Shown here: one piece after another, positions 39,222-48,950 of the stretch | Position numbering within the stretch: the first letter of the stretch is position 1 | How the letters are laid out: every line of letters begins with the position of its first letter | Virus record (IMG/VR): IMGVR_UViG_3300021431_000100 | Coordinates: 24,871 to 88,870 of that record | Reading direction: 5' to 3' (one strand) | DNA length: 64,000 bases | Origin: a virus | Taxonomy: Duplodnaviria > Caudoviricetes | Notes under the pieces: model-generated | Told to the model about the DNA's origin: nothing | Database searches by the model: none | The model's input: only the letters and a program-made list of their open reading frames with translations | Translations under genes and position numbers: made by a program

Positions 39222-40385
39222 ATGGATAAGAAAGAATTGTCTTTGCAATCTGTATATGATTTAATACAGCAGAAAGCAGACGTTAACCATACACATACAT
39301 TTGTAGGCTCGATTGAAAGTGCTCTATCATTACAGGGCGTGCCATATTGGGAATTTGTAAGAAATTCTTTAAAAGACCAACGTATAAAAGCATATTATGA
39401 TAATGTTACTTTTGGCGTTGGCTCTAAAAATTCAGAACTCGTTTTAAAGGCTGAAAACGATAGAACAAAAATTGAAGTTAATAACCAAAATTTGAGTACA
39501 CATAATTTAACTATTACAGGACATGAAAATGAGGACGTTGTTCTTAAAGTTAATGGTAAATTAATGGTAAATGAATCCCAAGTATTGACCATGAACGACG
39601 CAGGTGAAATTACAGGTATAGACCCCGAATCACTTGATGTAAATGGTAAAGGTATTTTAATTGACCGTGAAGAACCAAGTAAAACTTCGGACGGTACAAT
39701 TTGGGGAAAAGTTTTAGACGAAGATTATGTGGAAGATAATACTGCGATAGCTAATAATACTTTATATACTGTTCCTGTTGGTTCAATTATTAAGGTTTTG
39801 GCTTCTTCTGTACCTAACGGTTTTCTTAGGTTAAATGGTCAGCTTGTATCTCGTGTGGGATATAGAGGGCTTTGGGAATATGTAAAGGCAAAATCCCCAT
39901 TAGTAACTGACGAAGAATGGCAAGCAGAATATGTAGACACTACAACTACTGTTCAAAAATACAGTTATGGTAATGGTAGTACAAATTTTAGACTTCCTAA
40001 TATGCCTACAGGTGACGATACTATATATATTGTTAAAGCTTACGATGAATTAACAACTCGTACAGAAATTAATGTAGCTCAAATTGAAGCTGACGTTAAA
40101 GATTTGGTTGCCAATAAAGTTGTTACGGGTGTTGGCTTTGTTAAATTTGCAGACGGCAGTTTAATTCAACATGGCACTTCTTTTGGTAATGAATGTCATT
40201 TTACTTTACCTTTTATTGATAACAAATATACAATCACAATGAATTATGAAGGAACAGCTTCGGGTGTGGACGTTACTGTAAATGTTAAGCAAGCAACAAA
40301 ATGCAGTATTATTGTAACAAATGCAACGGGTATAAAATTATCAAGTGCTAAAGTTAATTTTATAGCAATAGGTAGGTGGAAGTAA
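39222..40385 (+). CDS. Tail fibre with tail-collar domain
   Basis: PVGSII...VPNGFLRLNGQLVSR..Y..LW...GNGSTNFRLP collar motif; C-terminal GFVKFADG.LIQ.G. Confidence 0.8.
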   Translation: MDKKELSLQSVYDLIQQKADVNHTHTFVGSIESALSLQGVPYWEFVRNSLKDQRIKAYYDNVTFGVGSKNSELVLKAENDRTKIEVNNQNLSTHNLTITGHENEDVVLKVNGKLMVNESQVLTMNDAGEITGIDPESLDVNGKGILIDREEPSKTSDGTIWGKVLDEDYVEDNTAIANNTLYTVPVGSIIKVLASSVPNGFLRLNGQLVSRVGYRGLWEYVKAKSPLVTDEEWQAEYVDTTTTVQKYSYGNGSTNFRLPNMPTGDDTIYIVKAYDELTTRTEINVAQIEADVKDLVANKVVTGVGFVKFADGSLIQHGTSFGNECHFTLPFIDNKYTITMNYEGTASGVDVTVNVKQATKCSIIVTNATGIKLSSAKVNFIAIGRWK

Positions 40386-40834
40386 TGGCAATAAGATATT
40401 TTGCAGAATTTGCAACCAATGGCGAAAGATTGATTACATATGTAGCAGACGGTATGCCCGATACAGCAGAAAGCATTATGTTAAATCATCCTAAAGCCGT
40501 TGAGATTACAGAAGACGAACAGGCTTTGTATTTAAATGGTTATATCCGTGGATTAAACGGTAAACCTCAATTAAAAACCATAATGGAAGGGGAAACACAA
40601 GTAGAAGTTGTTCGTCGTGATAAAATTGCAGAAATTCGTCAAATGGCAAAAAACAAACTTATGGAAACTGACCATGATATTGTGGAATATTTAGAATTAC
40701 ACAACTTAACTGACGAAGAATATGCAAATCTTAAACAACAACGTCAAGTTATTAGAGATTTACGAGATTCTTTAATTCAAATCGCTATTGATTTGGACGA
40801 CGTAGAAGCAATTAAAAACATTTCATTTAAATAA
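40385..40834 (+). CDS. Tail fibre assembly chaperone-like protein
   Basis: Follows the fibre gene; LMETDH....YANLKQQRQ.IRD motif. Confidence 0.55.
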   Translation: MAIRYFAEFATNGERLITYVADGMPDTAESIMLNHPKAVEITEDEQALYLNGYIRGLNGKPQLKTIMEGETQVEVVRRDKIAEIRQMAKNKLMETDHDIVEYLELHNLTDEEYANLKQQRQVIRDLRDSLIQIAIDLDDVEAIKNISFK

Positions 40835-40963
40835 TCTTCTTTAATATTTGGCGTTTATATAAAGAGAGAATAGGTTTTTTGACTTATTCTCTTTTTTTTA
40901 TTGACTAATTTTGAGAAACTTAAATAAGATATATCTACAAATAAAAAAGGAGGGAATTCATTC

Positions 40964-42166
40964 ATGAATCCAATTGATGCAAAAATCAAAAAGAAAAAGT
41001 TAGCCATGCTTGCAAAAACCATGAAAACTCTTGCAAAGTCTACCAAGGATGACAATATCGTACAGATTTTGGGGCAGAAACCTATGGACGATAAAGAGCG
41101 TTTCCCTACAGGGTATCTCACTCTTGATTATGCTACAGGTGGCGGTATTCGTCGTGGTACAATCGGTGAGTTGTTTGGACCTGAATCGTCAGGTAAATCC
41201 CTTGTTTGTCAGAAAATTATTGCTTCTGCACAAAGACTTGGTGCTCTTTGTGCTTATGTAGACGTTGAACAGACATTCGACCCTATATTTGCTAAGAAAC
41301 TCGGTGTAAATACAGACGAATTGATTATTTCACAGCCACGTTCCTTGCAACAGGCGTTTGAGGTAATTGACGGACTTGTAAAGGCAGAGATTGATATTGT
41401 AGTGCTTGACTCTGTAGCAGCTCTCGTTCCTGAAGAAGAACTTGAAGCTGAAGTCGGCAAGCAGAACATCGGTTTGACTGCTCGTTACATGTCGCAGTTC
41501 CTTCGTCGCCTTAATTCTGTTATTGCTGATTCTCAGAGTTCCGTACTCTTTGTAAATCAGGTTCGAGACAAGGTTGGGGTATTGTATGGGAATCCCGAAG
41601 AAACGCCAGGTGGTAAAGCTTTAAGATTCTATAGTTCCCTTCGTATGCGTGTTTCTAAGTCAGCAGACGGCATGATTAAGCCAAAGGCTGACGCAGAACC
41701 AATCGGACAGGGTATTCGTGTAAGATGCGTTAAAAATAAAACCGCTCCACCATTCCGTACCGCAGAATTTAAGGTATATTTTGATGGACGTGAAACTTCT
41801 GAGGTTGACGAAATTGCAGATATTGCTCTTGCGAAATCTTTAATTCCTAAGTACAATTCTGCAGGTGAACTTTGTGCCACAGGCAGACAGTATCGTTGGG
41901 CAGACGAACCTGAGTTCCTTGCAAAGTCTAAGGCAGAAGTGCCTGAACAGCTTAAAAAATTCCCTAAAGTTGCAGAAGCTTTAAAGGAAATCATTGTTGG
42001 CGGTAAGATTGACGAAAATACCGTAGATTATGACGGTGGTCAAGCAGAAGATATGGACGCTGATTATGATGACGAAGATTTTGAAGAAATTATGAAAGAA
42101 GAAGCTGACTCTATTGCAAACGGTAGTGAAGCTGAAGAAATTGAAACGGGATTTAACGATTTTTGA
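40964..42166 (+). CDS. recA: RecA/UvsX recombinase
   Basis: GPESSGKS, YVDVEQ, LDSVAAL, NQVRDK and PGGKALRFY motifs; acidic tail. Confidence 0.95.
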   Translation: MNPIDAKIKKKKLAMLAKTMKTLAKSTKDDNIVQILGQKPMDDKERFPTGYLTLDYATGGGIRRGTIGELFGPESSGKSLVCQKIIASAQRLGALCAYVDVEQTFDPIFAKKLGVNTDELIISQPRSLQQAFEVIDGLVKAEIDIVVLDSVAALVPEEELEAEVGKQNIGLTARYMSQFLRRLNSVIADSQSSVLFVNQVRDKVGVLYGNPEETPGGKALRFYSSLRMRVSKSADGMIKPKADAEPIGQGIRVRCVKNKTAPPFRTAEFKVYFDGRETSEVDEIADIALAKSLIPKYNSAGELCATGRQYRWADEPEFLAKSKAEVPEQLKKFPKVAEALKEIIVGGKIDENTVDYDGGQAEDMDADYDDEDFEEIMKEEADSIANGSEAEEIETGFNDF

Positions 42167-42229
42167 TTGAAATAAAGTTAGGGAAGGGTAATTCTCCTTC
42201 CCTAATGTTATGTCGAAAGGAGAAACGCT

Positions 42230-42835
42230 ATGAGTGCGTTAGGATTGATTTTTATTGTAGTAATTAATCTACTTATTTCGTGGTTTAATGCTAAGAGTAC
42301 AGGTAAGATTTGGCTTGAAAGTAAAGCTGTTGGTGGATGGGTTCGCCTCATGGCTTGGTGCGGTGCAATTATATCTGCTGTCGGTTTTACTTATTGTTAT
42401 TCTATTATTATAACTATGGGCTTGCTTATGACTAATACAATTAGTGAGCAAATAGCTCAGTATGTTTTTAATTTAACTTATTTGTTAGTTGTTGTTCCAA
42501 TTATTGGTGCAGGTCTGATTGTTACTATTAATTCTTGGATTATGTTTGCTAGAGAGCGTTCTTTAAAAAATTTAGGAGTTGCGTCATGGAATACTTTTGC
42601 ACAAGCTTTTAATATGTATAATGCTTTGGATGGTGTTCCTAGTGCATTTTCTTCTATTTCTGATTTGTTTGATTTTGACGGTGATAGTGACAACGCAAAG
42701 TCAATGATTGTAATTGCCATTGTATTATTTGCTGTAGTTGGTGGTATAGCAACAACAATGTACATTATGCAAAAAGAATATGGTCAGTTAGGTGTTTCTC
42801 AGGAAATTAGAGATTCACATCAGCCTATCCGTTAA
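42230..42835 (+). CDS. Multi-pass membrane protein
   Basis: About 4 hydrophobic segments. Confidence 0.7.
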   Translation: MSALGLIFIVVINLLISWFNAKSTGKIWLESKAVGGWVRLMAWCGAIISAVGFTYCYSIIITMGLLMTNTISEQIAQYVFNLTYLLVVVPIIGAGLIVTINSWIMFARERSLKNLGVASWNTFAQAFNMYNALDGVPSAFSSISDLFDFDGDSDNAKSMIVIAIVLFAVVGGIATTMYIMQKEYGQLGVSQEIRDSHQPIR

Positions 42836-42897
42836 ATTAACAGTTACCTTTAGGATTGCATATACTATATATGCAATCTTTTTTTTGGAGGAAAACA

Positions 42898-43896
42898 GTG
42901 GATATTTTTATTAATAAAAAAATATGGCGACAATTTACAGAAGAACAAACCAAAGAGTATGTAAATAACGTTTTTAAATATTATAGGCAACATGGATTTC
43001 CGTACTACCCCACCGACAAAATCACTAGGGACAAAAATTTCAATAAATTCATTACCTATAATGGAGTTGTCTTGGAAAATAAAAAATTAAAACAAACTAT
43101 GCATGGGTTGAATTTAGCTTGGTCATATTTCCCCCACATGTGGGAAATACAATGTAATGGATTAAAAACCCCTATGGATTTGTTTAACGACGACGAAACG
43201 TTAAAAGCTGTTATATCAAAACGAATGCGAATGGGCGATAATATGAGTGACGCAGGATTACGTAAAATGCTGAAGATATATACAGGTACACAATGCGTTA
43301 GTAATTTTAGACCTACGTCAGCCAAAGCGTTATATGATGAATTTGCTTCTGACGGTGTTGTATATGATATGTGTTGCGGTTTTGGTGGTAGACTGTTGGG
43401 ATTTATTGGCAGTAAAGCCAAAACATATATTGGTACAGAACCTAGTTCCAAAACTTTTGAAGGATTAAACAATCTAAAACAAGATTATGGTAGCAATAAA
43501 GATATTCAATTATATAAATGCGGTAGTGAAGATTTTACTTTTCAGAAAGATAATTCTGTAGATTTTTGTTTTACCTCACCACCATATTTTGATTGTGAAC
43601 ATTATTCGGACGAAGATACTCAAAGTTATGTCAAGTTTAATACAAAAGAAACATGGATTAATGGTTATTTGAAACAAACATTCGATAATTGTTATAAAAT
43701 GTTAAAGCTAAATAGATTTATGGCGATTAATATTGCTAATGTGAAATCGTTTAAAGATTTGGAAGAACACACTATTCAAACAGCTATTAGAACGGGGTTT
43801 GAATATGTAGATAAATATTATTATTGTCTATCAAGTTTGTCGCACAAATCAGATTTTAAATATGAACCTGTGTTCTTGTTTAAAAAAATCTCATAA
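42898..43896 (+). CDS. Orphan amino-DNA methyltransferase (SPPY type)
   Basis: DMCCGFGG SAM-binding motif and FTSPPY catalytic motif; GTG start after GGAGG. Confidence 0.75.
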   Translation: MDIFINKKIWRQFTEEQTKEYVNNVFKYYRQHGFPYYPTDKITRDKNFNKFITYNGVVLENKKLKQTMHGLNLAWSYFPHMWEIQCNGLKTPMDLFNDDETLKAVISKRMRMGDNMSDAGLRKMLKIYTGTQCVSNFRPTSAKALYDEFASDGVVYDMCCGFGGRLLGFIGSKAKTYIGTEPSSKTFEGLNNLKQDYGSNKDIQLYKCGSEDFTFQKDNSVDFCFTSPPYFDCEHYSDEDTQSYVKFNTKETWINGYLKQTFDNCYKMLKLNRFMAINIANVKSFKDLEEHTIQTAIRTGFEYVDKYYYCLSSLSHKSDFKYEPVFLFKKIS

Positions 43897-43979
43897 AAGC
43901 TGATTGAATGCGTGCTCACAAGAGTACGCATTTTTTTGTTATCTATTGCATATTTAATTAATAGAAGGATGGTGACTCT

Positions 43980-44327
43980 ATGATAGATTTTACCACTACA
44001 GACTTAGATACAATGGTAAGAGATATTATTGACATTTTTACAAATGTTGAAGGTGTAAAACTTGTTAGATTGTCAGGTTTGTTCGTAAGAGAACAACGAA
44101 TTTCTAACTATAAAAATCTTACCCCCGAACTATTGGACAATATTATTCATAAGCTTAAAAATGCTCATGTAATAGACTATCAATATGTTTTGTATTGTCC
44201 AAATTGTTTTGAAGTAACATATCAAGTAGAACATACCGAAAACCCATACAAAGCGAAAGTATGTGATACTTGTGGGCAAATCTATATTCCGACTAAAGAA
44301 GTTTCTTTATTCGAGTACGAGGATTAA
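43980..44327 (+). CDS. Zinc-ribbon hypothetical protein
   Basis: CPNC...CDTC at the C-terminus. Confidence 0.65.
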   Translation: MIDFTTTDLDTMVRDIIDIFTNVEGVKLVRLSGLFVREQRISNYKNLTPELLDNIIHKLKNAHVIDYQYVLYCPNCFEVTYQVEHTENPYKAKVCDTCGQIYIPTKEVSLFEYED

Positions 44328-44367
44328 ATATAATAAGAATATAGTTTTAATGAAAGGCTAGGTTCTT

Positions 44368-45099
44368 ATGAGAAAAGATTATACCTCGGAATTGGAAGAA
44401 TATAAATCCAATTTATGGGATGAAGAAATTGGCAAACCTGCTAGATTTTTTCTAAAAAAACGTAAGATATATAAATCTACCGCAGAAGCTTGGAATATGG
44501 GTTATTGCCCTAAAGATTATGTTCCAAAATGTTATAAGGACGAGAAATATCCTTTTTGGGAAAAAATGCAAGGAAGAATAATCTTACCTGTATTTGATTC
44601 AAATGGAGATTTACTCACTTTGTCGGGTAGAGCAATATCAGACGATATAAAACCTAAATATATGCATTATACATTTCCTACGGGAAAAACGTTGTTTGGG
44701 TTGTACATAAATGAAAAAGATATTTTAAAGAAGAATGCGATTATATTTACAGAAGGACAGTTTGACGTAATATCTGCATGGCAACATGGTTTAAGAAATG
44801 TCGCATGTACCTTCGGTTCACATTTTTCTTCTGACCAAATTTTATTGTCAGCAAGATATACAGATAGAGTTTATATTTTGTATGACGACGACGACGCAGG
44901 TCAAGAAGGAGCACGTAAATCTTTAGAAAAAATTAAAATTCGAGGGGACGTAAAAATAAGTCTATTAAAGGGGATTTTAAAAAACGGAGAAGATTTGGAT
45001 GATTGGGTAAAGCACAATAATTGTAATTTCTTTGATAAAATATTTAATTCTAGTAAGGAGGATTTGCTAAAATACAAACTCAGCTTAATAAAAAGCTAA
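44368..45099 (+). CDS. dnaG: DnaG-type primase catalytic core (Toprim), no N-terminal zinc-binding domain
   Basis: GRIILPV, SGRAI, PKY, EGQFDV and YDDDDAG motifs. Confidence 0.85.
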   Translation: MRKDYTSELEEYKSNLWDEEIGKPARFFLKKRKIYKSTAEAWNMGYCPKDYVPKCYKDEKYPFWEKMQGRIILPVFDSNGDLLTLSGRAISDDIKPKYMHYTFPTGKTLFGLYINEKDILKKNAIIFTEGQFDVISAWQHGLRNVACTFGSHFSSDQILLSARYTDRVYILYDDDDAGQEGARKSLEKIKIRGDVKISLLKGILKNGEDLDDWVKHNNCNFFDKIFNSSKEDLLKYKLSLIKS

Positions 45100-45123
45100 T
45101 TATACCCCAAAGGAGCAACACGT

Positions 45124-46611
45124 ATGAAAAAAACTTATGTACTAGACACTAATGTATTACTTTCCAATCCTGAAGCATTGTTTTCTTTTGAAGAAAATGA
45201 AGTAGTTATCCCTGAAGCTGTTTTGGAAGAATTGGATAACAAGAAAACTGCTAGGGAACAAATTGGTATGAACGCTCGTGAGGTTGCAAGAAAATTATAT
45301 TCGTTGAAAGATTCGTGTAGCAACTTGTTCGATGGCATACAACTACAGAGCGGTGGAATGTTATACATTGAGTCGGCAGATAACAATAAGGGAGATGTTG
45401 AACTTCCTAGTACATGGGATTCTAAAAAGCGAGACAATGACATTTTAAAGACTTGCAAGGCATTAATCGAAAAGGGGAAAAATGTTACTCTCGTTACTAA
45501 AGATATTTTCCTTGGAATTAAAGCAGACGCTTTGGAAATTCCTAACGAAGATTTTAGAACTGATTCTGTTGTAAGTGTATCTGAACAATATAAAGGTATA
45601 CTTGATATTGTTGTAAATGACGACGATTTTGAAAGTTATTTAGATAATGGCTATATTGATATTGCTAAAACTTATGTTATTGAACATACAGACGACACTT
45701 ATAATGAAGTATATGAATACGAACATTATCCTAATGAATATGTTATTTTACATAGAGCAAGCAATTATGGCAAATCTACAGCTTTGGGTAAAATTTCAAG
45801 GAACGGTCAGATTGTAGATAAGTTGAAATTTGCGAATGAACATCCGTTTGGTGTAACTCCTAGAAATGCTGAACAGGTGTTTATGCAGGAAGCTTTAATG
45901 ACTTCTGTAAAGGAAGCACCACTAGTAATTATTAAAGGACCTGCGGGAACGGCAAAAACATTTTATTCTCTTGCTTGTGGTCTTGAATATATTTACGAAG
46001 AACCTACAAGAGCTTATGCTTATAAAAACAGTAAGAAAGCACATAAGTCTATTCTTACTGATGATAAATTCCGCAAGATTTTGGTTTGCAGACCAAATCA
46101 GACTATGGAAGAAGATATAGGTTGTCTGCCTGGCACAGAAAAAGAAAAAATTTCTCCACTAATGCGACCTATTTACGACAATCTTGAAGTGCTTGTTGTT
46201 TCTGATAAAGAGGCTCGTTGTGAAGACGAAGAAGCTTTGGAAGATAGAGTACAGGAGATTTTTGACCGCAAGTTGATTGACACACAAGCAGTAGGTTATC
46301 TGCGTGGTCGTTCAATCGAAAGTCATTGGGTAATTATTGATGAAGCACAGAATTTGACAGCTAATCAGGCAAAAGCTATTGTAACTCGTGCAGGTGAAGG
46401 AACAAAAATTATTTTCTGTGGCGACCCTATGCAGATTGATAATCAGTATGTAACTGAAAAAACTAATGGTCTTAGCTATTTAGCAGAAAATATGAAAGGT
46501 TCACCTTTAATTCATATTATTACCACAAATGAAAGTGACATTGTACGTTCTGACCTTGCAAAAGAAGCTGTTAAGTATTTGGAACGTAAAGAAGAAATTG
46601 AATTTGATTAA
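45124..46611 (+). CDS. phoH: PIN-PhoH family ATPase
   Basis: VLDTNVLL PIN domain; GPAGTAKT, YLRGRS, IDEAQN and GDPMQID motifs. Confidence 0.9.
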   Translation: MKKTYVLDTNVLLSNPEALFSFEENEVVIPEAVLEELDNKKTAREQIGMNAREVARKLYSLKDSCSNLFDGIQLQSGGMLYIESADNNKGDVELPSTWDSKKRDNDILKTCKALIEKGKNVTLVTKDIFLGIKADALEIPNEDFRTDSVVSVSEQYKGILDIVVNDDDFESYLDNGYIDIAKTYVIEHTDDTYNEVYEYEHYPNEYVILHRASNYGKSTALGKISRNGQIVDKLKFANEHPFGVTPRNAEQVFMQEALMTSVKEAPLVIIKGPAGTAKTFYSLACGLEYIYEEPTRAYAYKNSKKAHKSILTDDKFRKILVCRPNQTMEEDIGCLPGTEKEKISPLMRPIYDNLEVLVVSDKEARCEDEEALEDRVQEIFDRKLIDTQAVGYLRGRSIESHWVIIDEAQNLTANQAKAIVTRAGEGTKIIFCGDPMQIDNQYVTEKTNGLSYLAENMKGSPLIHIITTNESDIVRSDLAKEAVKYLERKEEIEFD

Positions 46612-46623
46612 GAAAGGAATATT

Positions 46624-46965
46624 ATGGATAATACAGACGTTATATTAGACGTTGACCTAAAAAAAAGAACTGATGATGAATGGTCAAATATATATCATAT
46701 ATTTTTAGTTGACGGAGAAATTGATACGACACCTATTGACGAATTTAATTGGGCGTACAAATTATCCAAAAGCAAGTATTATTTAAAACCTTCCATTAAT
46801 GCATATACCAAAGAATTGGATTATAGTGTTGCAGAAGAAATGGAAGTGAGAGCAATGAAGATTAATCGTGATTTATTCTCTCATGCTGATAGAGCAGAAA
46901 AGGAAATGCTTTATAAAGGTAAATATATTCAAACAAAATATGTTCTTGATTATAAAGTGAAATAA
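46624..46965 (+). CDS. Hypothetical protein
   Basis: 113-aa ORF with AGAAAGG RBS. Confidence 0.7.
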   Translation: MDNTDVILDVDLKKRTDDEWSNIYHIFLVDGEIDTTPIDEFNWAYKLSKSKYYLKPSINAYTKELDYSVAEEMEVRAMKINRDLFSHADRAEKEMLYKGKYIQTKYVLDYKVK

Positions 46966-47068
46966 ATAAAAAGGACTTACATTTAATATGTAAGTCCTTT
47001 TCAAATATAATATTTAGTGGGCTATAGAACTCAAAACAAATTGTATTGTATTTATGAGGTGAGGAATA

Positions 47069-47665
47069 ATGAGTTTTATTAAAAAGTTTAAACCAATTAT
47101 TGCTTGTATTTTAATTATAGCCTTAATTGCCTTTATTGGATATAAAATTAACAAAAGAATGAACAAGGAAATTACTCCTGTAATTATGACACAGGAAGAA
47201 GTCAAAGACCCCGAACAAGTTCAAAAAATGGTAAATAAAAATAGTGACGCAAATATTTCCAAGTATCAAGCAAAGGAAATCACTAATACCATTACACGAA
47301 TAATTGAAAAAGAAGTACCACCTACTACAGTTGTTCAAACTACAGGAGAAAATTATCAGCAAAAATCTAAAGAATATGCTGAACAGCATAAGGCAGACGC
47401 AGTGATTATTACTCCTGCTAAGGGAGAAACTAAAACTGTAGAAGAAATTAAACCGACAGACGTGGTAAATTTAAATCAGTATAATATCAAGGCTTATCCC
47501 GAAAATTTAATAAGCATTGGTGCTTATGGTGATGGTGACGTATCTTTGGATTATGAACATAAAATTAAAGTATTTGGTGCTCATGCCTATATTGGTCCGT
47601 CCGTTAAGTATAACACTAAAGATAAAGACGCTACTGTTGGCGTAAAATTAACAATACCATTTTAA
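47069..47665 (+). CDS. Membrane-anchored hypothetical protein
   Basis: N-terminal TM helix; beta-rich C-terminus ending in Phe. Confidence 0.65.
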   Translation: MSFIKKFKPIIACILIIALIAFIGYKINKRMNKEITPVIMTQEEVKDPEQVQKMVNKNSDANISKYQAKEITNTITRIIEKEVPPTTVVQTTGENYQQKSKEYAEQHKADAVIITPAKGETKTVEEIKPTDVVNLNQYNIKAYPENLISIGAYGDGDVSLDYEHKIKVFGAHAYIGPSVKYNTKDKDATVGVKLTIPF

Positions 47666-47687
47666 AGAGAAAGGAAACAATTTATAA

Positions 47688-48401
47688 ATGAGTGTAGTTA
47701 AACAGTGTAAAGTATGTATGTCAAAACATAAGGGGATTATTGAGGAATTAGCAATTAAGAAGTTTTCCCCTGAAAAAATATATGAACATCTTCAAAATCT
47801 GACAGACCCTAAAGACGTTAAAATTGTTCAAGAAGAAAATATTAAACCTTCTTCTATTAGACGACACTTACAACGTCATTTTAACGAACGAGATAGTTTA
47901 TTAATAAAAGACGCTACGGTACAAAGTCGTATTAAGTCTTCCCGCAAGAATTATTATGACGGCAGAAAGATTAATATAGATAAGGCAAATACAATAGCTC
48001 ACATGATTGAACTTGCATTAGCCCGTATGGAAGAAGTAGAAACCCTGTCTGATGCAAAGAAGCATCAATATACCATCGGTTACATGGGACAGATTAAGGG
48101 CTTGGTAGACGAGCTTGACAAAATTTCAACAGTAATTCAGTCCGATGGAACAATAGATGCTCAGTTCTATAAAAACCAAATGGACACATTTGCTAAAATT
48201 GTGCTTTCTACAATCAGAGCGTTAGACCAACAGTTTAATATGAATTGGGAGCTTGAAGTTGCGTTTTCAGAAGAATTTAAGAAACAATGGGAAGCTTTCA
48301 AACAGAGAGAAGAAATGATTTTTGCAGGTCAACTATCTCCAAAAGACGGCGACCAAGAACGCAACATCAACACTTTTAATGACGCTAGTAAAAACGTGTG
48401 A
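47688..48401 (+). CDS. Hypothetical protein with CxxC and possible HTH (terminase small subunit-like?)
   Basis: CKVC...SIRRHLQRHF followed by helical region; the function is a guess. Confidence 0.3.
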   Translation: MSVVKQCKVCMSKHKGIIEELAIKKFSPEKIYEHLQNLTDPKDVKIVQEENIKPSSIRRHLQRHFNERDSLLIKDATVQSRIKSSRKNYYDGRKINIDKANTIAHMIELALARMEEVETLSDAKKHQYTIGYMGQIKGLVDELDKISTVIQSDGTIDAQFYKNQMDTFAKIVLSTIRALDQQFNMNWELEVAFSEEFKKQWEAFKQREEMIFAGQLSPKDGDQERNINTFNDASKNV

Positions 48402-48413
48402 GGAGAGGTCAAA

Positions 48414-48884
48414 GTGGCATATAAATATTATTTTAAAACTTACGAAGAAATTACGTCATTTATTACGTATGCACAAGATTTGTTGGAATGGGGTTGCAGA
48501 ACTTTTAGAATGTCAAATTCTGTTAATGCAGTATTGGATTTAGATACTACCAATTATGCTAGTGGCAATTCTAATGGCTGTGTGCGGTTTGGTGACGTTG
48601 TAGGCTATATTAATCAGTATTATACTCAAAATAACGAACAGCCTGTTACTATGGAAATTAAACTTGTTTGCCCTGAGAGTTTTCGTGCAGAAATGGACAG
48701 AGACAATTATTATAGAGCTTTCTTTTTAACTTTCTATTCTAATAAAAACATTCATTACATGAATTTGGGTTATAGTGAAAATGGTAATACATTGCAGACA
48801 AGCCCATATACTGTCTATGCGGGTTACATTCAAAATTTATTTGATAAGTGGAAAATGTACTATGCAAATGAATATGAAAGTTAA
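48414..48884 (+). CDS. Hypothetical protein
   Basis: 156-aa ORF, GTG start with GGAGAGG RBS. Confidence 0.7.
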   Translation: MAYKYYFKTYEEITSFITYAQDLLEWGCRTFRMSNSVNAVLDLDTTNYASGNSNGCVRFGDVVGYINQYYTQNNEQPVTMEIKLVCPESFRAEMDRDNYYRAFFLTFYSNKNIHYMNLGYSENGNTLQTSPYTVYAGYIQNLFDKWKMYYANEYES

Positions 48885-48950
48885 TACAATATAAATAGAT
48901 AATAATTACTTTTATATAAATATTTTTTTTGAAGAAAAGAGGATTAAGCA

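Noticed and set aside
40964-42166. Inteins in RecA, helicase or SbcC (common insertion targets)
   Set aside because: Normal lengths and contiguous motifs, with no intein blocks
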